DNA from: an uncultured Pseudomonadota bacterium
GTDB lineage: Bacteria; Oederibacteriota; Muellerivitia; Muellerivitales; Muellerivitaceae
Length of the DNA: 64,000 bases
NCBI GenBank assembly: GCA_963770835.1
Contig: CAVYRH010000026.1
Location: 819,102-883,101 of the forward strand
Reading direction: 5' to 3'
Program-made: the position numbers and the translations under genes
Notes under the pieces: generated by a model
Database searches by the model: none
What the model was told of the DNA's origin: nothing
What the model saw: only the letters and a program-made list of their open reading frames with translations
Shown here: positions 20,099 to 29,734 of the stretch, piece after piece
Layout: each line of letters opens with the position of its first letter
How positions within the stretch are numbered: the stretch's first letter is position 1

Positions 20099-20127
20099 AA
20101 AGCTCGCCGGGATTAAGGGAGGAACCA

Positions 20128-20448
20128 ATGGGTTGGAAAACGGTATTTTTAATCGCTCTTTTGATCGTAGGTGCCATTGGCTATTACCTCTGGGGTAAGG
20201 TCCAAGAAGCCCCTCCCGAAGCAACCCTCCCAGGCTATACCAACGCCCTCAAGAATGACGAAGCGAAGGCCCAAGCGGCCGCAGCGGGGGCCCAATTGGA
20301 TGTTGTCAAAAGTGCCGTGGAAAAATACCGATCCGATAAAGGGACACCCCCCCCCACTCTTCAAGACTTGGTGCCAAATTATATCGACCATATTCCCGGT
20401 GGGCTCCAGTATGACGCTTCCACGGGTACGGTTTCTGTTGTCCAATAA
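20128..20448 (+). CDS. Small membrane-anchored protein with pseudopilin-G-like C-terminus
   Basis: GGAGG RBS, N-terminal TM, AVEKYRSDKG..P.TLQDLVPNY motif. Confidence 0.6.
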   Translation: MGWKTVFLIALLIVGAIGYYLWGKVQEAPPEATLPGYTNALKNDEAKAQAAAAGAQLDVVKSAVEKYRSDKGTPPPTLQDLVPNYIDHIPGGLQYDASTGTVSVVQ

Positions 20449-20599
20449 AACCGCCCTGTCCAAATAAACCAAAATCCTCCTAAAGACCCGGGTTTCCTTG
20501 CGCCCGAGGCTTTTCTTATCCATGGCACGGCTCGCGGTTATTGAAGTTTTCCGCTATAATTCCGACCTCTTAAAGCAAGGAAACGAGGCGGAATCATCC

Positions 20600-23272
20600 A
20601 TGGGCATTCCAACCACCGGAAGCGAGGTCCGACAGGCTTACCTGGACTTTTTTAAGTCCAAGAACCATAAGGTCGTGTCCTCTTCCTCCCTTGTCCCTGA
20701 AAATGACCCCACCCTGCTGCTGGCCAACGCCGGCATGAACCAGTTCAAACCCTACTTCCTCGGCACCGTGCCTTTCCCCCATCAGGTGCCCTACGCCACC
20801 TCTTGCCAGAAATGCTTCCGGACGGGCGACCTGGAACGGGTGGGTTACACCGCTCGGCACCATACTTTCTTCGAGATGTTGGGCAATTTTTCATTCGGAG
20901 GCTATTTTAAGAAAGAAGCCATCGAGTGGGCCTGGGAGTTTGTGACCCAGATCCTGAAAATCAACAAGTCCCGTTTATGGGTTTCCATCTATGAAAAAGA
21001 CGACGAGGCCATGGAACTTTGGAAGAAGACGTCGGGCCTTCCGGAAAACCGCATCGTCCGTATGGGCGAGGATTCAAACTTTTGGACCATGGGACCTACC
21101 GGTCCCTGCGGTCCCTGTTCCGAGATTTATGTCGACCTGGCCCCCGAAAAGGGTGAGACAAAAGATTTTGAGAGGGACGCTGAAGAGGGCCGGTACCTGG
21201 AAATTTGGAACCTGGTTTTCACCCAGTTTGACCGGCAGGAAGACGGTACTTTGAAGCCTCTCCCCAAGCCTAACATCGACACGGGTATGGGCTTGGAGCG
21301 AGTGGCCAGCGTCATGCAGAATGTCCCCTCGAACTTTGAGACGGACCTCCTGGCCCCACTCATGAAGGCCATCGCCCACGCGGGAAACATCGAATTCAAA
21401 GCCGACAGTTCCCAAACTTATACTTCCTTGAAGGTTATTAGTGACCACCTGCGGGCCACCACTTTTCTCATCGCCGACGGAGTCCTCCCCTCCAACGAAG
21501 GACGGGGCTATGTGCTTCGCCGGATTTTACGCCGTGCCATCCGGCATGGGAAGCTGCTTGGTTTCAACGAGCCATTCCTTTCAGAACTGACCTTGGAAGT
21601 TGGAAAACTCATGGGCGGCGTCTATCCGGAAGTGGCGGAGCGCAAGGAACATATTCGGAACGTTGTCCGCGCCGAAGAAGAGCGCTTCTACGAAACCCTG
21701 GCCGCTGGCACTGAACGTCTTCTCGAGAAGATTGAGGGGTTGAAAAAGACGAAATCCTCCACCCTCTCCGGGGAAGAAGCTTTCATGCTTTACGACACCT
21801 TCGGCTTTCCCCTGGACATCACTAAGGAAATCCTGAAGGAAAAGAACCTTTCCGTGGACGAGACGGGATTCCAAAAAGCCATGGAAAGCCAAAAGGAAAA
21901 AGCCCGGCTGGGCTGGAAGGGAAGCGGCGACGCCGTCCTTCCCCCTATTTATAAGGAATTGGATTCGAAATTGCCGGCGACGGTTTTCAAGGGCTATGAG
22001 AAAACGAAAGATATCGGCGCAGTCGTTCAAATCGTCTGGGTGAAGGATAAAAAACATGAACCCGTGGAGAAGCTGGCGGAGGGGGAATACGGCTTCGTGA
22101 TCCTCAACCAAACGCCTTTTTACGCCGAAAAAGGCGGCCAGATCGGCGACAAGGGGGTTCTGCAGGGCTTCAATTCCGCCGAAGTTTCCTGGGCGGACGT
22201 TCTGGACACCCAGATGGTCAGCGATAACCTGATCGGCCATTGGTGCTTCATGAAGCGAGGGAAATTGGCTATGGGACAAAAGGTTGAGGCCGCGGTGGAG
22301 GAAAGCGAACGACGGGCCACTATGCGCAATCACACAGCCACCCATTTGATGCACGCCGCCCTTCGGAAGGTCCTGGGAAACCATGTGGGGCAGGCGGGGA
22401 GTTACGTTGGGCCGGACCGCCTGCGGTTTGACTTTACCCATTTTGAAGCGGTCAAACCCGACCAACTGCGGCAGATCGAAAACCTGGTCAACCAGCGCAT
22501 CCTGGACAACATCGAGGTTTCTAAGAACGAAATGAGCTTTGATGAAGCCAAAAAGAAGGGCGCCCTGGCCTTTTTCAGTGACAAATACGGCGAACGGGTG
22601 CGGGTAGTGGATGTGCCGGGGTTTTCCACTGAGCTCTGCGGCGGAACCCATGTGAACCGGACCGGGGATATCGGCTTGTTCAAGATCGAAAGTGAATCCT
22701 CCGTGGCTTCGGGCGTCCGCCGTATCGAGGCCGTGACGGGCGAAGGCTCTTTATTAAAGGTCCGGCTAGAAGAAGAAATCATCAAGGACGTGGCCCAATT
22801 ATTGAAAAGTTCCAATAACGAATTGAAAACGAAGGTCCAAAGCCTGCTGGAGGAGATGAAATCCAAAGAGAGGGAATTGTCTTCCCTTAAATCCAAACTT
22901 GCCAGTAGCCTGGTGGACGAAGTGCTGGGCAACAAGAAGGATGTGAAGGGCGTTTCCCTGGTGGTTGCCCGCACGGACGAATTGGACCCGGACGGCATGC
23001 GCCAACTGATCGACACCCTTAAATTAAAAATGGGAAGCGGCGTGATCGTCCTGGGCAGCGGCAAACCGGACCAAATCGCCTTCATCGCCGGCGTCACGAA
23101 AGACCTAACGGGAAAAATCAAGGCCGGGGATATCGTGAAAGAAGTGGCCAAGATCACCGGCGGCGGCGGAGGAGGGCGACCCGACTTGGCCCAAGCAGGC
23201 GGCAAGGACGCCTCCAAGGTCGATGAGGCTTTGCGACAAGTGCCCCAAATCCTGGAAAAGGCGATTCATTGA
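20600..23272 (+). CDS. alaS: Alanine--tRNA ligase
   Basis: NAGMNQFK, HHTFFEMLGNFSFG, DTGMGLER, HTATH, ELCGGTH, GGGGGRP. Confidence 0.99.
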   Translation: MGIPTTGSEVRQAYLDFFKSKNHKVVSSSSLVPENDPTLLLANAGMNQFKPYFLGTVPFPHQVPYATSCQKCFRTGDLERVGYTARHHTFFEMLGNFSFGGYFKKEAIEWAWEFVTQILKINKSRLWVSIYEKDDEAMELWKKTSGLPENRIVRMGEDSNFWTMGPTGPCGPCSEIYVDLAPEKGETKDFERDAEEGRYLEIWNLVFTQFDRQEDGTLKPLPKPNIDTGMGLERVASVMQNVPSNFETDLLAPLMKAIAHAGNIEFKADSSQTYTSLKVISDHLRATTFLIADGVLPSNEGRGYVLRRILRRAIRHGKLLGFNEPFLSELTLEVGKLMGGVYPEVAERKEHIRNVVRAEEERFYETLAAGTERLLEKIEGLKKTKSSTLSGEEAFMLYDTFGFPLDITKEILKEKNLSVDETGFQKAMESQKEKARLGWKGSGDAVLPPIYKELDSKLPATVFKGYEKTKDIGAVVQIVWVKDKKHEPVEKLAEGEYGFVILNQTPFYAEKGGQIGDKGVLQGFNSAEVSWADVLDTQMVSDNLIGHWCFMKRGKLAMGQKVEAAVEESERRATMRNHTATHLMHAALRKVLGNHVGQAGSYVGPDRLRFDFTHFEAVKPDQLRQIENLVNQRILDNIEVSKNEMSFDEAKKKGALAFFSDKYGERVRVVDVPGFSTELCGGTHVNRTGDIGLFKIESESSVASGVRRIEAVTGEGSLLKVRLEEEIIKDVAQLLKSSNNELKTKVQSLLEEMKSKERELSSLKSKLASSLVDEVLGNKKDVKGVSLVVARTDELDPDGMRQLIDTLKLKMGSGVIVLGSGKPDQIAFIAGVTKDLTGKIKAGDIVKEVAKITGGGGGGRPDLAQAGGKDASKVDEALRQVPQILEKAIH

Positions 23273-23712
23273 AGCGTTGGCTGGGCCTGGACTTGGGCCA
23301 TGTCCGTATCGGCGTGGCTTTGTCGGACCCCCTGGGTATGACCGCCCAACCCCTGACGGTTTTAAAATCCGCTGGCACCCAAAAAGACATCATTGCGATT
23401 GGCGAATTGGTGGACCAATATGAAGTCACCCAGGTTATCGTGGGGCTTCCCCTGAATATGGATGGCACGGAAAGTTCTACGACGAAAAAGGTCAGGGAAT
23501 TCACCACGAAATTTTCGGGGCGTTTGAATGTTCCGGTGTTTTTTGTGGACGAACGCTTGACCAGCAAGCAAGCGGAACGGGTGATGATCGAAGGGGACAG
23601 CCGAAGGGAAGACCGCCGCCAAAAAATCGATAAGGTGGCCGCGGCACTTTTACTTCAATCAGCCCTCCAAGGGGCACCCTTGATACCGGTGGAAAAACAT
23701 GAAAATCCTTAA
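23269..23712 (+). CDS. ruvX: YqgF/RuvX family nuclease
   Basis: GLDLG..RIGVALSD, VGLP, DERLTS, ID.VAA. Confidence 0.95.
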   Translation: MKRWLGLDLGHVRIGVALSDPLGMTAQPLTVLKSAGTQKDIIAIGELVDQYEVTQVIVGLPLNMDGTESSTTKKVREFTTKFSGRLNVPVFFVDERLTSKQAERVMIEGDSRREDRRQKIDKVAAALLLQSALQGAPLIPVEKHENP

Positions 23713-24718
23713 AATTTACGGCTACGCTTTCCTCATGGTTTTCGTGCTTTGCACCTTTGTTTTCATTCCCCCTTTCTTTTTTCCGGGACAGGACATGGAC
23801 ATCCCGGTTTATTCCAAGACGACGGCGCGGGAGATCGCCCAAAGCCTTAAGGAAAAAGGGATCATCCATTTCTCCCTTCCTTTCCTGGCCCTGGCCAAGT
23901 TGACCCACGCCGACCGCAAGTTGAAAGCAGGGCTTTACCGCCTGAACCCGCGCATGAGCCTGTGGGATATCCTGACGACCCTTTCCTTGGGTAAGAGTGA
24001 ACTTTTGACCCTGAAAGTTCCAGAAGGCTATACCACCGACCAAATAGCCCAAGAGTTGGAAAAACTGAAAGTGATCTCCTCGGCGGATTTTATGAAAACT
24101 GCACAAGACGCCAAGCTTTTGAAAACCCTGGATATCAAGGGCCCCAGCGTGGAGGGGTTTCTCTTTCCCCAAACCTACCGTGTGCCCATCAGTGCCGATG
24201 GAGAAGCCCTGGTGGATCTGATGGTCCGGCAGTTTTACGATACGGTTGGGGTCGATTTCGAAACCCGTTGCAGGGAAAAAGGATTAACCCCCTATCAGGC
24301 GGTCATCCTGGCTTCCATGGTGGAAAAGGAAGCCCGAAAAGAGGAGGAAAGGCCCATCATCGCGGGGGTTATGTACAACCGCTTGCACAATAAAATCCGC
24401 CTGGAAGTAAACGCCACCCTAAATTACGTTTTAGCGGAAAAACGGGCCTGGCTGACCAATGCCCAATTGAACACCCAATCGCCTTACAACACCTACCAGC
24501 ACCGCGGCTTGCCGCCCACACCCATCTGCAATCCCGGGTTGGCTTCCATCCAGGCCGTGTTGGATCCAGCGGATGTGCCTTACCTTTACTATGTCGCCCA
24601 AGGCGACGGTTCTCATCTTTTCGCCACCACTTTTGAGGAACATGAGAAAAACGTGGCTAAAGCCAAGAGTATCCGCAGGGCCAAACGGCGGCAGCAAAAG
24701 GCCGCCTTGGAGCAGTAA
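23699..24718 (+). CDS. mltG: Endolytic transglycosylase MltG
   Basis: VPEG, EGFLFP.TY, ASMVEKE, SPYNTY..GLPPTPICNPG. Confidence 0.96.
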   Translation: MKILKIYGYAFLMVFVLCTFVFIPPFFFPGQDMDIPVYSKTTAREIAQSLKEKGIIHFSLPFLALAKLTHADRKLKAGLYRLNPRMSLWDILTTLSLGKSELLTLKVPEGYTTDQIAQELEKLKVISSADFMKTAQDAKLLKTLDIKGPSVEGFLFPQTYRVPISADGEALVDLMVRQFYDTVGVDFETRCREKGLTPYQAVILASMVEKEARKEEERPIIAGVMYNRLHNKIRLEVNATLNYVLAEKRAWLTNAQLNTQSPYNTYQHRGLPPTPICNPGLASIQAVLDPADVPYLYYVAQGDGSHLFATTFEEHEKNVAKAKSIRRAKRRQQKAALEQ

Positions 24719-24738
24719 CGTTCGAAAGGCGGTCCTGG

Positions 24739-25497
24739 ATGAATATCGGTTATTTTTATTATCTCGTCCCCCTGCTTCAAATTATTACCGCCGTCCACGT
24801 GATCAAAAGCGGCCGCAGCTGGTATTGGCTTTTGATCATCTTTTTCTTCCCGATGATCGGTGTTGCCGTTTATTTTTTTGCCGAGATGGCGCCTGGTTTC
24901 CAACGCGGCGGGTTCCAAGGCGTGGTGGAAGGCCTGTTGAACGCGGTCCTGCCGGGCAGACAGCTAAAACATCTCCAGGAGGCCTTGGAGGATGCGGACA
25001 CGGTCCAAAACCGCAAGGCCCTGGCCGAATATTATTTATCCCAGGGGGAAACCGCAAAAGCGGTGGAGCTTTACCGATCCTGCCTGACGGGTGTTTTCAA
25101 GGATGACCCCCATGTGAACCTTGGTTATGCCTGCTGCCTGGTGGAGGCGGGAGAAGCGGCGGAAGCCCTCAAAATTCTTGACGCCTTGAGGCAAAAGAAC
25201 GCCGTTTATGAAACCTCCCGACGGGACCTTTATTACGCCCGGGCTTTGGAGGCCCAGGGGAAAGAAAAAGAAGCCCTGCAAACCTATGAGGAGCTCCTGC
25301 AGAAATACGGCAGCGAGGTGGAAGGAGCCTGTCGCCTGGGACTTCTCTACGAAAAAGTGGGCCAAAAAGAAAAGGCCTTACCGCTTTATAAAGATCTAGC
25401 GAGAAAGTCCCAAAGATTCTCCGCCCATTACCGCAAGGAACAAATTATTTGGATCAACAAGGCAAGGGAAAGAATGAAGGAACTCCAGGCATCCTGA
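24739..25497 (+). CDS. Membrane-anchored TPR protein
   Basis: Two N-terminal TMs (HVIKSGR..WLLII..P.IG) followed by TPR-like helices. Confidence 0.75.
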   Translation: MNIGYFYYLVPLLQIITAVHVIKSGRSWYWLLIIFFFPMIGVAVYFFAEMAPGFQRGGFQGVVEGLLNAVLPGRQLKHLQEALEDADTVQNRKALAEYYLSQGETAKAVELYRSCLTGVFKDDPHVNLGYACCLVEAGEAAEALKILDALRQKNAVYETSRRDLYYARALEAQGKEKEALQTYEELLQKYGSEVEGACRLGLLYEKVGQKEKALPLYKDLARKSQRFSAHYRKEQIIWINKARERMKELQAS

Positions 25498-25545
25498 TCC
25501 CTTATTTCGCTTGCGGGGGCGACCTTCCCATCGTAGTTTACCGCC

Positions 25546-26762
25546 ATGAAAAAGCTTGGCTCCCCAACAGCTGAAAATCCATCCGCGTATTCCAAGAACC
25601 TGTGGAAACTGAACGGCATTCGTCTGCTGTTTTGGATGCATTTTTTTGGCCCTGTCCTTGTGGTTTTCTTCACTCAATGGGGAAAACTTTCGCTTTCCCA
25701 GGTCTTTTACCTCAACGCCTGGTTTTTCTTCTGCAATTTCCTTTTTGAGGTTCCCACTGGAGCCCTGGCGGACCGGTTCGGCCGCAAGGCTTCCTTGGCC
25801 CTGGGTTCGCTCCTCGGGTTTGGCGCGGCGTTCCTTTATACAAGCCGTCCCCTGATCGGGGTCTTCCTGGCCGCGGAAGCGGTCTTCGCCTTGGCCTTTA
25901 CCTTTCATTCCGGGGCGGATGAGGCACTGGCTTATGACAGTTTGAAGGTCCTGGGACAGGAGAAGCATTCCAAAAAGATATTGACCCGCATGGAGGCCTT
26001 TAAACTCAGCGGGATCTTATTCGCTTCCCTCACGGGAGGGTTCATCGCGGACCAGTGGGGTTTACCCGCGCCTTTAAGAGCCACCGGGGTGGCCATGTTC
26101 TTGTCCTTTTTCGTCGTTCTCCTGGTCCATGAGCCAAAAGCCCCGCGTCTTAAGCCAAACCGCAGGGATTACGGAAAGATCATCAAGGAAGGAGTTCGTT
26201 TTTTCGCCGGTCACCGGATTCTTTGGATTCTTACACTCGAGGCGACGGTCATTAACGCCCTGGCTTGGGCCATGATTTGGCTCAACCAGCCTTTTTTACT
26301 GGAGGACGGGCTTCCCTTGAAATATTTCGGATTGGTGCAGGCTTTGTCGGTGGGGGGGAAATATTAGTCCTTTCCCACCAGCCTTTCCTGGAAAAACTTT
26401 TCGGCTCAAAAAAAGGCGTGCTGACGGGCGGGGGCATCCTGACCGGCGCGGCTTTCCTGGCCTTGGGATGGAGCAGGTCAATACTGGTCGCGATTCCCGC
26501 CATCGTTGTCGCCTTCACTTTTGGGTTGACCCGCCTTACCCTTTTCAGTTCTTACATGAACAAATATATTCCCTCGGACAAAAGGGCCACTGTTCTATCC
26601 GCTTCCGCCATGGTCCGCACCCTGGGTGTCCTCCTTTCCATGCTGACCATTGGAAAGGGCTTGGATCACTGGCCGATTCAACCGATCGCCGTCGGTATTG
26701 GGGTATGTCTTGTGTTCTTGTCGGTTTTTTCCCGCATCGAGGAAGATCATTTAAAAGACTAA
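25546..26762 (+). pseudogene. MFS transporter split by a frameshift in a G7 run (26352-26358)
   Basis: FEVPTGALADRFGRK, SGADEALAYDSL in first ORF; RATVLS and C-terminal TMs in overlapping second ORF; adding one G fuses them. Confidence 0.85.
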
Positions 26763-26825
26763 ACAGAGTCATTCCAACCCTGTTTCCCCTTGCGGGATGG
26801 CCTTTCCTGGCTTAATTTAAAGCAC

Positions 26826-27518
26826 ATGCAGATTCAGGCTTTCCACCTCGCGAAAATTCACGACTCCGGCGTCAAAGTCCTGGACGACGCTTATTTTTCA
26901 GCCCCGGAGGGTTCTTTCGTCGTGATCTTAGGCGAAAGCCGAACCGGCAAAAGCACACTCCTCAAAATGCTGGGCGGCGAAGAAAAGCCCACCGCCGGCG
27001 TCCTGAAAATCGACCACAAGGATATTTACGCCCTGTCCGAAAAAGAAAAGCACCAATGGCTTTGCGGCGTGGGGATGATTTTTCCAGACTTGAAACTGTT
27101 CCCGGATAAAACGGTCGAGGAAAACATCCAATTCATCCTCCAGGCCAAAGGTGCCTCGGGGGAAGGCGAGAAAGAGGCCATCGAAAAGTTGCTTTCCAAC
27201 GCCGGACTGGCTGGCAAAGCCGCCTCCAAGCCCTCCGTGCTTTCTTCCGGAGAACAACGCATGGTGCTGGCCTTGAGGGCCATGATTTTCCGCCCCCGGC
27301 TGCTTTTGGCCGATGACCCCTTCCAGGGATTGGACGGCAAAACCACCTCGATTTTGTTCCACCTCTTTCTTGAATTGAACAAGATGGGATGCACCGTCGT
27401 GCTTTCCACCCAACAGATGACCTTCCCAGAGGCCGCCCAAAGCAAATCCGATCTCCCCATTCTTTGGGTGAAACTGGAACACGGCAAACTGGAGCCGTTG
27501 GAGAGAATCACTCCATGA
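26826..27518 (+). CDS. ftsE: FtsE-like ABC ATPase with degenerate motifs
   Basis: GESRTGKST, LSSGEQR, LLLADDP; precedes ftsX-envC. Confidence 0.85.
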   Translation: MQIQAFHLAKIHDSGVKVLDDAYFSAPEGSFVVILGESRTGKSTLLKMLGGEEKPTAGVLKIDHKDIYALSEKEKHQWLCGVGMIFPDLKLFPDKTVEENIQFILQAKGASGEGEKEAIEKLLSNAGLAGKAASKPSVLSSGEQRMVLALRAMIFRPRLLLADDPFQGLDGKTTSILFHLFLELNKMGCTVVLSTQQMTFPEAAQSKSDLPILWVKLEHGKLEPLERITP

Positions 27519-28417
27519 CCACCTTCTCGCGGCTGATTTACGTCTTAAAAGAAGGTTTTCTCCAGCTTTTAAGGACTCGGGGGCTTTCCACGGCCGTCAT
27601 TGTGATCGTGGCTTCCACCCTTCTCCAGCTCTCCTTTTTCCTCGGCCTTTCGCGGGTACTGGACCATGCCCTGGGTTCGGCGCGGGAAAAGTTTGAAATG
27701 GCCGTCTTCCTTACCCCCGCCGCCGATGCTTCAGACCGCCAAAAGATACAGACTCTCCTCTTGTCGGATCCCCGGGTAGCTTCGGTCCGCCTTGTCACCA
27801 AGGAAGAGGCTCTCCAGGAGTTCCGCAAGGACCCGGAAATCGACCAGATGGTCCAGGCCTTGGGTGAAAACCCCCTCACGGATTCTTTCACGGTCATTTT
27901 GCGCAAGGACGCCATGGAGGAACCGGATGAGCTGGTGTCAAAACTTAAGCAGGATTTCCGGATCGAGGAAGTGGATTACGGCAAAAACGAATGGGAAACC
28001 GTCTCGAACTTGAACCGCCTGGTCCAGTGGGTGGGATGGGTCCTGGGCGGCTTTATTTTTTTAACAGCCCTTTTTATCATCTCCAGCACCTTGACCTTGG
28101 CGCTTTGGGCGCGGCGCGAAGACTTTACCCTCATGGTCCGCATGGGCGCCCCGGCTTGGATGCGGTGGGGTCCTTATCTATGGGAGGGCGTTTTGGAAGG
28201 ACTTGCGGGTTCACTTCTTGTAGTGGCGTTGCTGGAAGTGGTCCGCCAGGGGGCGGGAGCGGCCCTTCAAAAATACGCCGGCATCGACATGCTGCTGGCC
28301 TTGCCCCCGGCGGACTGGCATAGCCTTTACCTGACCCTACTCCTTTTAGGGGCTGTCCTCGGTTTCCTGGGCGCCTTTTTGGCGCTCCAACGGAAATGGG
28401 TAAGAGAAATCCGTTGA
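27515..28417 (+). CDS. ftsX: Cell division permease FtsX
   Basis: TKEEAL..F, ENPL, ARRE...M..MGA, P...EG; four TMs. Confidence 0.92.
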   Translation: MTTFSRLIYVLKEGFLQLLRTRGLSTAVIVIVASTLLQLSFFLGLSRVLDHALGSAREKFEMAVFLTPAADASDRQKIQTLLLSDPRVASVRLVTKEEALQEFRKDPEIDQMVQALGENPLTDSFTVILRKDAMEEPDELVSKLKQDFRIEEVDYGKNEWETVSNLNRLVQWVGWVLGGFIFLTALFIISSTLTLALWARREDFTLMVRMGAPAWMRWGPYLWEGVLEGLAGSLLVVALLEVVRQGAGAALQKYAGIDMLLALPPADWHSLYLTLLLLGAVLGFLGAFLALQRKWVREIR

Positions 28418-29649
28418 AAGTGCCTAACCGCCCTTTGGGTATGGTCTTTCTTCTTTTAGGGTGCCTGCCCCTTTCCTCCCCCGCCCAGGAATCCGACGGC
28501 TCGGCCGCCCCCGCCACGACGAGTGCCGGCCAGATAAAAAAAAACATCCATCAAAGCAAAAAAGACCTTGCGGAAATTGAAAAGAAGCTTTTGGAGGAGA
28601 AAAAACGCAAGCGCCTGGATGAAATAAAGGAAAAAAGGGAACTAAACAAATTGCAATCGGTCGACCAGACTTTGGGCAAGTTGCGCCGTGAAAAAGAAGC
28701 CAATGAAGAGGACCTTCATGAAACCCATGGGCGTGTTTCCCAACTCAAGAGTGAAATGGCCCAAAACCAGGAGCAATTGGCCCAAAACCGCCAGTTGTTG
28801 AAGCGGCGTTTGGGGGCCCTTTACCGGATGTCCTTCCGGCAGCCTTTTTGGGGAGGGCTTTTGGGAGCGGAGAGCTTCAGCGACCTCGCCCGCAAGCTGA
28901 AATTTGGGATGATTCTCGCCCAAAACAATGAGAAGCTCCTTGCCCAAACCCTTCAAACCAACCAAACGCTGGAACAGGAAGAAGCCCAATGGGACGATAA
29001 CGCCCACCGTGAAAAAAGGATTTTATCGGTCCTAGGGCGTCAGGAAACGAATTATTCCCGGGAACGCAAGAACCGGACGATCTTTTTGGCCTCCCTCCAG
29101 CGTCAAAAGGAGGAACGGGAAAAGGTGATCGGGGAGTTGAACCAGGCGGCCCAGGACCTCCAGGAAAAGGTGGCCTCCCTTTTGCAACAAGCCGATGAAG
29201 GAAAACGCCAACAAGCGGCCTGGGTTTCAGCCGGGCAGGGGTTGACGGTAAAACGAGGCAGGATTCCTTGGCCCGTTTCTGGCAAAATCATTCAGTCTTT
29301 CGGCCGGTACAAAAACCCCGAGTTCAAGGAAGTTGTTGAAAATAACGGTATCCAAATCCAGGCGCCCGAAGGAACTCCCTTCCGGGCGGTTGCATCAGGG
29401 GTGGTGCGTTACGCCGACTGGTTCAAGGGCTTTGGAAAATTGGTGATTTTGGACCATGGGGGAGGGTATTATTCCCTATACGGCCAAGCCGCCGAACTGA
29501 AGGTTTCCCAAGATGAAAAGGTCGAGGCTGGCGAGGCGCTCGGGGAAGTCGGTGACACGGAGTCCTTTGTAGGACCCAGCCTTTACTTCGAGATCCGGAA
29601 GAACGGAGTGCCGCAAGATCCCGCTCTTTGGCTTAAACGCCACATGTAA
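28414..29649 (+). CDS. envC: EnvC-like murein hydrolase activator (coiled coil plus degenerate M23)
   Basis: Long coiled coil, WPVSG, GFGKLVILDHG, LYFEIR; start codon uncertain (28396/28414/28441). Confidence 0.88.
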   Translation: MKVPNRPLGMVFLLLGCLPLSSPAQESDGSAAPATTSAGQIKKNIHQSKKDLAEIEKKLLEEKKRKRLDEIKEKRELNKLQSVDQTLGKLRREKEANEEDLHETHGRVSQLKSEMAQNQEQLAQNRQLLKRRLGALYRMSFRQPFWGGLLGAESFSDLARKLKFGMILAQNNEKLLAQTLQTNQTLEQEEAQWDDNAHREKRILSVLGRQETNYSRERKNRTIFLASLQRQKEEREKVIGELNQAAQDLQEKVASLLQQADEGKRQQAAWVSAGQGLTVKRGRIPWPVSGKIIQSFGRYKNPEFKEVVENNGIQIQAPEGTPFRAVASGVVRYADWFKGFGKLVILDHGGGYYSLYGQAAELKVSQDEKVEAGEALGEVGDTESFVGPSLYFEIRKNGVPQDPALWLKRHM

Positions 29650-29734
29650 TGAAGTTTGAGTCTTGAATCCCGGCCATTTTTAACCCTTTGTTAAAAACTT
29701 AGCCGATTTTAAAAATGAATTTTCGGAGGATGTC

